The notes under the pieces were generated by a model that was given only the letters and a program-made list of their open reading frames with translations, made no database searches and was not told the origin of the DNA. A DNA stretch of 63,210 nucleotides, filler included, from Neoconidiobolus thromboides FSU 785 (Eukaryota; Fungi; Entomophthoromycota), in the NCBI GenBank assembly GCA_025603075.1. It is 4 parts of 4 records of this genome, joined end to end, with 100 filler letters (N's around TTAATTAATTAA, not from the genome) between each part and the next. Parts side by side here need not be neighbours in the genome. Positions count along the whole stretch, not along the records: positions 31,665 to 59,218 come from MU626501.1; positions 59,319 to 61,990 come from MU626841.1; positions 62,091 to 63,210 come from MU627037.1; 1 more part is not named here. One strand, written 5' to 3'. A program made the translations under genes and the position numbers. Positions 54,008-63,210 of this stretch are shown here, piece after piece (the first letter of the stretch is position 1; every line of letters begins with the position of its first letter).

Positions 54008-55272
54008 ATATGTTTTCAAGTAAGCCTAGGGATGTGAAGCATGAAAAATTGACAAAAAAGGATTTAAATAAATACAAATTAATAACTATGTTTAATTATG
54101 GGACGTGGGAGATCATTATCAACTCCCTAAAAACAGTAAGGATGATATCAACCGATAGTGGTAATTTCCCTAAAGAAATACGCAGATAATCTTCTACATA
54201 TTTTATTTTCAAAGTCCATGGGTAAAAATGCGGTCTACTCTGATGGTACTGCCTGAAAAAAACATTACAAAATTGGACAAGTATTTAAAAAAAAATAGCA
54301 CTATCTTCTTATTCTAACCTATCATTTTAAATTTTGTAAAAATATTTTAATCAACCTATGAATGCTCAGTTGATGTTTATAGGTATGTGTAAAAGACAAC
54401 TGTGGATTCTTTAAATAAAGGTATTATGAGTATTAATTTTAATTCAGTTGGAAATCAAGCAGTGGGTTTCATATGAGCATACAACCAAGTCATTAGTGAT
54501 TTATTTTATCCTATTTATTTAATATTTGCGCTTCTTGATAGTGTCTGAGATCTATCTAGAAAGATTTCGTATGAAAACTTAACTTTAATTGAAACTTGTT
54601 TTGAACAAAAAAAGGAATACAATCATAAAGAATAATAGTATGTATGATAATAATAGTGATGGTGATTTTTTAACTTTAATGATAAAAGCTAATTTAAATA
54701 ATAAGATCTCATTTAGAGATAAGAGAATAAGATATATTTCAATGATATACATTAGCTGGACATGACACCACAACTTTTATCCTACCAGGAGCTTTACATT
54801 TTCTAGCTGGAAATTCAAATGTTTAGGAAAAAGCATGTAAAAAAGTTATCAAAATAGTGAGATTAAAGGAATATAAAAATTGTAAAACGTTGACAGAATT
54901 CAATTTCTTACTAATGAACAGGTTAAAGAAATGAACTATTTATTGTTTATTATTAAAGAAACTGTAAGATTATATCCCCTTGTATACAGACTATCAGCTA
55001 TAATTAATAAAAAGAGTTTAGAGTTAATGGCTTCCATATTCCTGAAGGTTATGCAAATAAACTCATATCAAAAAGATTTTTCAATGAAACTAATAATAAG
55101 AATAACAAGGAAGATATTATTTATTTCGGTAATGAAAATGATAATTTTTTAGATCTGGAGGGAGTTGATTTTATATTGGTAACTCTTTTTCCATTTTGGA
55201 ACAAAAGTTATGTTTTCAATTCTACTTACAAAATATTCTATAGATTATCCTTTTAATTTGATATAAGCAAAT

Positions 55273-55370
55273 GGGGATGTATTTTTGCGTTTAAGAATTT
55301 TACTAACAATTTTTACACTCAAATAGTGCTTAAAAGGTAGAAAAAGTAATGAAGCTGAAAAAACACCCCC
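55273..55370 (+). mobile_element. MITE copy p (TSD AAAT), inside the 3' end of the P450 pseudogene
   Basis: AAAT|GGGGATG...CACCCCC|AAAT. Confidence 0.92.
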
Positions 55371-56368
55371 AAATGGTGCCCCATTCTTATTAGCTCCTAA
55401 CTTTTTGTTGTTGCCCAAAGATTTGCTTTCAAATTTCAGGTCTTTAAATAAACTGGTTATCTATAACTATTCTTATTGTAATTTGCATGTGAATTTTTTT
55501 AGTTTTATTAAAATTAAATAAGTTATAGGGTAAAAAAATTAAAACTTATAGTTAATAAACATACCTCTAATAAATAGATAGAATAAGTTGAGTTTAAGCC
55601 TTTATTTCTTGAACAAAAGTTTTAAAATGTTATTAGTTTTATTCTTTTATTAAAAATAAGTTATGAAATACTTATAATATTAAGCCTATATTATTTACAC
55701 TATATCTTTAACTATGATTTACTATTTATATCATTTTGAATAATTTTAATAATAAAAACGATCTATAATTATAAGATACTAATTTAGACAAATGTTAAAT
55801 TTATTTAAATAAATCTAAGCTTATAATTTTATAATAATAATAATAGTAGGATGTTTTCAAGTGTTGATCTGTGATGACTATTATTATATTAAATGAGACT
55901 GAAGTAAAACCATAGATTATAGATTTAAATTAAAACCTAAGCATAGACGATTAGATCAAGAGATAGTTATTTGATGTAAAAATTTTCGCATCTTTGATTC
56001 ACACAATATAACTTAATATCTTATACTTACCATTTTATTTATGTATAGATTTATAAGATTGTAATAGATCTTTCAAAAATAGTAATTCGCTAAAGTTATA
56101 AATGCTATAAAAGCGGAAGAAAATGATAAAGTAACAATAATGGACTAACTAATAACTAAGTCGAATTTAAACTCTATTTAGATTACTAAGCTATAATTTT
56201 TATAATTATGCGTTTAGTTTTAATAAAGTAACCATCAGGCTAAAAATGATTAAGTTGTAGCTTAAACAACTCCAAAAGTGAAGGGTACTGTTATCACATC
56301 ATTTCAAAAAGATGCGTATAAAAGTATATAAAGTAAAACGAAGCAACAGCAACATCTAGAAACTAAAA

Positions 56369-57421
56369 ATGAATACCAAATTCAATAAAATCAGTGGTTA
56401 TGCATGCCATGGAATTGGTGAAAAATTAGTCAAATTTACATATGATCCAGCTCCTCTCCAGCCCAATGATATTGAGATTAGAATATCTCACTGTGGTGTT
56501 TGCGGTTCAGATATCCATACTTTAGATAGTGGATGGGGACCAACCGATTACCCTACCATTGTAGGACATGAAATTATAGGAGAAGTAACAGCATTAGGTC
56601 CAGAGGTAAAAGACTTTAAGTTAGGGGATAGGGTAGGAGTAGGAGCCCAATGTTGCGCCTGTATGAGTGAGGATTGCTATGCCTGTAAACGCCAGCGTCA
56701 AACCCATTGTGTAAAAATGGGGTTGACCTATGGTTCTAGAAGGTTTATTGATGGCTCAAAAACTTATGGTGGGTATGCTGAAGCTATTAGAGTTCAGCAA
56801 GATTTTGTATTTCATATACCAGAAAGTATACCTTCGGACTATGCAGCTTCTTTGTTATGTGCTGGTGCTACTGTATATACTCCTATGATTCAACAAGGAT
56901 TTAAAGCAGGTGATAAAGTTGGTGTACTTGGAATTGGAGGTTTAGGTCATTTGGCTATTCAATTTGCTAATGCTTTAGGATGTGAAGTGTATGCTTTGTC
57001 CCACTCCCATTCTAAAGAAGAAGACGCTAAAAAGATGGGGGCTAAACATTTCATTGCTCACGGTAATGAAGGGGAGTCTGCTAAAATTAAAAACACATTG
57101 AACTATCTTATTGTAACCAGTAATGCTAAAGATACTCAATGGAATGCCTTTGCAAATTGGATGGATTTTGATGGTAGAATCATCTTGTTGGCAGATCCAG
57201 AAGCAAATATTACTCTTCATCCTGATACTTTATTACAAAAAAATCTTGGTATTGGTGGATCCATTATTGGCTCTCCTGATCAAATTCGAAAAATGTTGGA
57301 TTTTGCAGCAAAGCATAAAGTTTATCCTTGGATTGAAAAATATCCTATGGATAAATGTAATGAAGCTATAAAATTGGTACGTGATGGTAAAGTCAGATAC
57401 AGAGTTGTACTTAACAATTAA
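56369..57421 (+). CDS. Zn-dependent NADP alcohol dehydrogenase (CAD/Adh6-like), paralog 2
   Basis: CGVCGSD, GHEIIG, LLCAGATVY and GIGGLGH; intronless; paralog of 50536-51594. Confidence 0.96.
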   Translation: MNTKFNKISGYACHGIGEKLVKFTYDPAPLQPNDIEIRISHCGVCGSDIHTLDSGWGPTDYPTIVGHEIIGEVTALGPEVKDFKLGDRVGVGAQCCACMSEDCYACKRQRQTHCVKMGLTYGSRRFIDGSKTYGGYAEAIRVQQDFVFHIPESIPSDYAASLLCAGATVYTPMIQQGFKAGDKVGVLGIGGLGHLAIQFANALGCEVYALSHSHSKEEDAKKMGAKHFIAHGNEGESAKIKNTLNYLIVTSNAKDTQWNAFANWMDFDGRIILLADPEANITLHPDTLLQKNLGIGGSIIGSPDQIRKMLDFAAKHKVYPWIEKYPMDKCNEAIKLVRDGKVRYRVVLNN

Positions 57422-57638
57422 ACCTTAATAAATTATTATCTTTATTATTAGAGTTTTATTTAAGCCATATTCTAATTTTTTGAGTAAACTTGATTAATAC
57501 ATAGTATCTATACATCCTTCAAATGTTTATTAATCTATATTAAGTCGCTGATTTAAAACTAAACATTACATCAAATGTCATTTACAATTTTCTTTAGTTA
57601 CTATTAATAATTATTATAGGAAATATTGATTACAATAT

Positions 57639-57735
57639 GGGGATGTTTTTTTGATTTCATTACTTTTCCATTTTTTAAGCGCTATTTGAGTGGAAAGATT
57701 GTTAGTAAAATTCTTAAACAAATAAATGCATTCCC
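57639..57735 (-). mobile_element. MITE copy q (TSD ATAT)
   Basis: ATAT|GGGGATG...CATTCCC|ATAT. Confidence 0.92.
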
Positions 57736-58247
57736 ATATATTTATTTATAATTGATGCTATATTATATATATGAATGTTTAAATATTATTTGCAGATAAC
57801 AATGCTTTTACAGTCGATGTAAACACTTGCATTGCCAATGTCACTATCTTTTCATTATTATTGTTTCTATGACTATTTAATTTATAATTTTTGGATTATT
57901 CGATCTAGTTAAACCACACATGTATTTAACTTTTGATAAATAGAGAGTATATCAATTCAATAAAATGATGATGTTAGCACTAATAATAGCACTACAAGTC
58001 ATTATATTATCCAAGCTGTCATTTTTTACCAGCTTTTGATTTTATTCACAGCAAAGCTATAGTTTAAGTTTAAAAGTAATCTCTGAAAGCAGCTGTAGAT
58101 CCAAATGGTTCATTTTCATTAAGCTTATTTAAATAGCCAAAGGTCAATTTTACTTACTATAGTAAGTATGTATTTTTTAATTAATTTTTAATAGACTATA
58201 TAGTAAGAAATGATCTAGCAATGAAACAATAATGTAAGGGTTGTGAT

Positions 58248-58319
58248 AAATAGAATAAATAGAATAAATAGAATAAATAGAATAAATAGAATAAATAGAA
58301 TAAATAGAACAAATAGAAC
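58248..58319 (+). repeat. 9-bp tandem repeat (AAATAGAAT)6(AAATAGAAC)2 upstream of the DJ-1/PfpI gene
   Basis: Eight adjacent units; the last two share a T-to-C variant. Confidence 0.92.
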
Positions 58320-58458
58320 AAATAGGGAAAGTATGAGTGAATAAGGGAGTGTGGGCGCAAGAAAAAAAATAGAATGATTAGTAATCAATCAAAAACTATA
58401 AACTATAAATGTCAAGTTTTTATTTATTTTATTTTATTTTATTTTATTTCATTTACAG

Positions 58459-59218
58459 ATGATTCGTTTATTAAAAATTTTCTCTGCTTTATTATACATC
58501 GTATATTGCTCTGACGAAACTTCAAATGGTGATTGGAGTCATTCAAAAAGTAAACATGTGTAAAATATATTCTCCATATATAATAATATCTCGATTATAG
58601 ATATAATTGATCCCTATTTTCCAAGTCAACTGAAATATAAGGTAGGTGCAATATTGTTTGATGACTTTGTAATGTTAGATTTAGTTGGACCACTTGAGGT
58701 ATTAGGGGACGCAAATGGTAAGTTTGAAATCGAAACGATAGGAATACGCTCTAATTCAACGATCAAACCAATATTTCAAACACTATCGTTTAAAAATAAT
58801 TTGAGTATGAAAGAAGCAATTCAGAGAGACTGGGATATAGTAATAATGCCTGGTGGTCATAAAGGTACTGAAAAATTAATTACATGCCCAGAGTTTATTG
58901 AAGATTATAAAAAGTTGATAGCAAAATCCAAAGTTATTTTTACAGTATGTACTGGATCCTTTGTGTTGGCTAAAACTGGGTTAATAAATGGGTTTAAAGC
59001 GACAACAAATAAATTACTCTATCCAAAGATAACTCCACTTTATCCGAACGTTGAATGGGAACCGAATGCTCGTTGGATTCATCATCGTCAGTTTATTACT
59101 TCATCCGGGGTTACTGCTGGTATAGATGCGGCTTTTTATATATTAGCTTTGGCTAAAAATATTGATGAGGCTAAAAAATTCTCAAAGATTCTAGAATATT
59201 TACCAGATTGGGATCCAG
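58459..59218 (+). CDS. DJ-1/PfpI (ThiJ) family protein, 3'-truncated at the gap; exons 58459-58549 and 58601-59218
   Basis: FDDFVMLDLVGPLEVL, IVIMPGG, nucleophile elbow VCTGS and ITSSGVTAGID; the intron 58550-58600 joins a hydrophobic leader in frame. Confidence 0.88.
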
Positions 59219-59318
59219 NNNNNNNNNNNNNNNNNNNNNNNNNNNNNNNNNNNNNNNNNNNNTTAATTAATTAANNNNNNNNNNNNNNNNNNNNNNNNNN
59301 NNNNNNNNNNNNNNNNNN
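59219..59318. other. Artificial assembly spacer
   Basis: 44 N + TTAATTAATTAA + 44 N. Confidence 0.97.
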
Positions 59319-61990
59319 AATTTAAAGAGTAAATCCGAAGATACTCGAAATAAAGCGGGGGATGTATTACGGGAATTTTATGATGAAGTAAGTCAAGATT
59401 GTCTACCTTCTACATTTGCTGAAATTGAACGAGATATTAATATTCGAATTACGGATTTAATAAAAAGTAATGACATTAATGAGAAACTAGGTGGTATTCA
59501 AGCGATTAATAAAATCATTGAAAATAATACAGAAATAACTTTTCCTCATAAAGTACGTTATATCAATAGTTTGAAGTTAGCTTTACCTTGTAACGATGAA
59601 AAAGTGATGATATTAGCGGCTAAAACTTTAGGCAAACTAGCAGTGTCTGGCGAAATTACAATGACTACTCATTTAGAAGGAGAAATCAAAAAATGTATTG
59701 AATGGTTACAAAGTACAGAACGTTTTGAATCTAGAAGACATGCAGCTGTTTTAATGATCAAAGAAATTTCTCAAAGTGCTCCTACATTGATGTATGAATA
59801 TGTTTCATCAATCCTAGATTCGATTTGGGTCGCTTTAAGAGATATCAAAATCAACATCCGAGTTTCTGGATCTGAAGCTTTAACCTCATGTTTAAAAATA
59901 ATATTACAAAGAGAATCCCAACATAAAAAAGCTTGGTATTCAAAGATACTTGAAGGTGTACAAAAGGGGTTAAAAATGAATACTTTAGAAAGCATTCATG
60001 GTTCATTTTTAGCTTTAAAAGAGTTATTGATTGACTCAGGTATGTTTATGAAAGAATATTATCAAGAAGCTTGTGAGATAGTATTGAGATATAAAGATCA
60101 TCGAGAGTTATTAATTAGAAATTCAGTGGTTTCATTGATACCTTTACTTGCCAGTTATAATCCGAAAGAGTTTTCAGAACATTATTTACAAAAGATTATG
60201 CTATTTTTGTTAACCCAATTGCAAAAAGAAAAAGAAAGGGTATTAGCGTTTTCGGCTATTGGAGAAGTATCAATTGCTGTTGGAAATAAAATTACACCAT
60301 TTGTAGATTCCATAGTTCAAAATATTAAAGAATCTTTAGCTAATAAAAGTATCAAAGGCAAAGGTACTGCTGAAGCTCCTGTTTTTCATTGTATTAGTAA
60401 TCTTTCTTCTGCTGCCGGGCCATCATTAAGTAGACATTCAACACAACTATTGGACCTAATCTTCTCATATGGAATGCATGACTCACTTCATCAAACTTTA
60501 GTTGATTTAGTACATAATATACCAAGTTTATTGATACCTATTCAAAGCAGATTATTAAATAGTATATCAATTATATTAAGTGGTCAGCAATATATACCTC
60601 CAGGAGCACCTAATCAAAGACAAAGTTCAAATGTAACTACAATAAGAGATTATTCTACAATAGATCCTAATGAAATCGAGACTATCATTATGGCATTAAA
60701 TTCATTAGGTTCTTTTGATTTTAGTGGTCATCTCCTAAGTGAATTTGTTAGAGATTGTCTTTTGTCTTTTTTAGATTGGGATGATGTTGAAGTTAGGAAA
60801 TCAGCTGCTTTGACTTGTTGTAAAATATTGCTTAAAGATCCAGTATGTTATCAAACGAGTATGTATGCCATTGAAGTAATGAATGAAATTTTAGTTAAAT
60901 TATTAAGTGCTGGCATTGCAGATCCAGAGTTTGAAGTTCGACAAACAGTATTATCTAATTTACAAGATAATTTTAACCTTCATCTATCCCAAGCAAATAA
61001 TATACGTTATCTTTTTATGGCTTTAAGTGATGAAGTTTTTACTATTCGTAAAACAGCCATGGCTATTATTGGTAGATTATCAAATCATAATCCAGCTTAT
61101 ATTGTTCCTTCTTTAAGAAAAATATTAATTCAACTTTTAACTAATCTTGAATATTCGGATAGTAGTCGTATTAAAGAAGAGAGTGCTATATTAATAAGTA
61201 TATTAGTTAAATCTGCTCAATCTTTTGTAAAGCCATATATACAGCCCATTGTAGATGTGTTACAAACCAAAGTCCATAATACAAATCCATCAGTTGTAGC
61301 TAGTGTTTTGAAAGCTATTGGAGAATTAGCTCAAGTTGGTGGGGAGCAATTAACTTCTTATTTAGATAACATGATGCCTTTGATTATTGATACTTTACAA
61401 GATCAATCATCCATTCTGAAACGTAATGCTGCCCTTAAAACCTTAGGTCAACTAACTGGAAATACTGGATATGTGATTGACCCTTATATTAAGTATCCTA
61501 ATTTATTAGGAATCTTGGTTGGCATCCTTAAAAGAGAACAATCAAATAGTATAAGAAGAGAAACCATTAAAGTAATGGGAATTTTAGGTGCTTTAGATCC
61601 ATATCAACATAAAATGGATAAACCAGAATCTGAAGAGCCAATTGGAGGAAATAAGGATACAAGTACAGACTTACATTTAGTTATGATGGGTATTGGGCCA
61701 TCTTCAGAAGATTATTACCCCACTGTTGTTGTCCATGCACTCATAAAAATTTTAAAAGATCCATCTTTAACTCCAAATTACACTTCAGTTATTACAGCAT
61801 TTATGCATCTATTTAAAGCTTTAGGTTTGAAATGTGTATCATTTTTGCCACAAATTATCCCCATTTATCTATCTACCATTCGTAATAGTCCAGCTGGTAG
61901 TTATGAATTTTATTTTCAACAATTAGGTACAATGGTTTCTATTGTTAAACAGCATATTCGAAATTATTTGAAAGATATTTTTAGCTTAAT
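59319..61990 (+). CDS. TOR: TOR kinase, N-terminal HEAT-repeat region, partial at both ends
   Basis: LKSKSEDTR.KA, KLGGIQAI, AAKTLGKLA, RRHAAVL, LSNHNPAYIVPSLRK.LIQLLT and KVMGILGALDPY; open frame through the whole contig. Confidence 0.95.
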
Positions 61991-62090
61991 NNNNNNNNNN
62001 NNNNNNNNNNNNNNNNNNNNNNNNNNNNNNNNNNTTAATTAATTAANNNNNNNNNNNNNNNNNNNNNNNNNNNNNNNNNNNNNNNNNNNN
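61991..62090. other. Artificial assembly spacer
   Basis: 44 N + TTAATTAATTAA + 44 N. Confidence 0.97.
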
Positions 62091-62180
62091 ATTTTTGTAT
62101 TTAAGAATTTTACTGACAATTTTTCCACATAAATAGCGCTTAAAAAATGGAAAAATAATGAAACTAAAAAAAACAGCCCC
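62091..62180 (+). mobile_element. MITE copy r (cut by the assembly gap)
   Basis: The contig starts inside the left TIR; ends CAGCCCC|ATAT. Confidence 0.88.
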
Positions 62181-62553
62181 ATATACAATATATCTATTCA
62201 AGATAAAACTTGTTGATAATACACTTCAGTATATTGAGCTCTCAAAATTATGAATATTAACTATTTAAATAAAAATGAAAGTACTTTTGATAACAATGTC
62301 AATTCTTTAAAGACATAATCATAAATTTTAAACTTTATAACACATTATACTTGTTAATGAATTGAACAACTTTTCTACGTCAATATAATTTTCAGTAAAT
62401 CATATAATTTTAGAGGGATTTTATTTATTCTTACATGTATAAAATATAATAAAGTCCAAATAAACATTACCAGGCAAAGGATACAATTGAACTATCAAAT
62501 TTCATTTTATTAATATCACTATAAAAATATCTGAATTAAATATTTAAGTATAT

Positions 62554-62651
62554 GGGGATGTATTTTTATACTTAAGAATTCTACTAACAATCCTTCTACT
62601 CAAATAGTGCTTAAAAAATGAAGAAAGTGATGAAGCCAAAAAAACATCCCT
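62554..62651 (+). mobile_element. MITE copy s (TSD ATAT)
   Basis: ATAT|GGGGATG...CATCCCT|ATAT. Confidence 0.92.
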
Positions 62652-63186
62652 ATATTCTTTTTTTTATTTTTTTTATTTTCATTAAGAGAAACAATAAAAG
62701 TGATTTAGATATTATCATCAATGTAATAAAAAAGCAAATATATAATATACAACAACTTAAAATGGATAAAATAAAACGAAAATTACCTAATATTTACTTA
62801 TACAATTAACAAATGCTTTCAAAAGCTATACATTATGGGTAAATTGGTTAAATATAAAGCCGATGTTCACAGTGACAAAGCAATATTAAAATGAAACTAT
62901 ATAAGTAGCACAATGATGTAAATGTGACTCTTACAGCAATATTTTAAAATAATATTAACATATTTATATAATCATATATATAATGTTGGTTTCAGACTCG
63001 GCGGTTTATAAAATTAATGATTTTCACTTAAATCTATATAATTTATAAAAATAATTTCTAACAAAATTAAAATGGAAATGAATGATTTCATTTTTAAAAA
63101 AAGTAAAATACACCGAAAAAATCAAAAAATCAAAAAGTATATAAAGAAGATAAAATAGAATCAAAATATTATAAAACAAATTCAAA

Positions 63187-63210
63187 ACAAACAAACAAAC
63201 AAACAAACAA
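63187..63210 (+). repeat. (AAAC)n microsatellite at window end
   Basis: AAAC tetranucleotide run to the last base. Confidence 0.9.

Larger units (their letters stand above)
53752..55450 (+). pseudogene. Cytochrome P450 pseudogene, intronless, disrupted by stops, frameshifts and two MITE insertions
   Basis: In order: TM anchor, PKLSDLP, GKNAVYSDGTA*KKH (C-helix W to stop), LAGHDTT at 54755 (I-helix), IKETVRLYP (ExxR), NGFHIPEG, KRFF and heme motif GGS*FYIGNSFSILEQK at 55157-55207 (R to stop, C to Y). Ends are approximate. Confidence 0.9.

Noticed and set aside
55124-55153. FGNENDNFLD as the P450 heme motif
   Set aside because: A better match lies just downstream in another frame (GGS*FYIGNSFSILEQK).
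19711-62651. Dispersed repeat as a CRISPR-like array or structured ncRNA family
   Set aside because: Copies are scattered in both orientations with TIRs and TSDs, show no repeat-spacer periodicity, and interrupt a coding sequence.

Overview
Very AT-rich eukaryotic DNA with short GT-AG introns (about 45-75 nt). The gene content points to an early-diverging fungus (Conidiobolus-like; inference). The window is four contigs joined by artificial 100-bp spacers (44 N + TTAATTAATTAA + 44 N). Contig 1 (1-31564) is gene-dense housekeeping DNA: p24, NF-YB, Whi3-like RRM, SAC3, enoyl-CoA hydratase, AAA ATPase, HPRT, glycogenin, PCMT and an SDR epimerase, bracketed by two inverted copine paralogs with mosaic identity. 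Contig 2 (31665-59218) is looser and repeat-rich: NSRP1, two MATE transporters, tRNA-Ala(AGC), a Kelch membrane protein, a GPCR-like protein, two NADP alcohol dehydrogenases flanking a dead cytochrome P450 that the ORF track misses, and a DJ-1/PfpI gene. Contig 3 is an N-terminal TOR fragment; contig 4 is non-coding. The most striking signal is a ~98-bp miniature inverted-repeat element present 19 times, with GGGG...CCCC termini and 4-bp AWWT-type target-site duplications, a signature resembling Sola transposons. Two copies sit inside the P450 pseudogene, and their removal restores the local reading frame.
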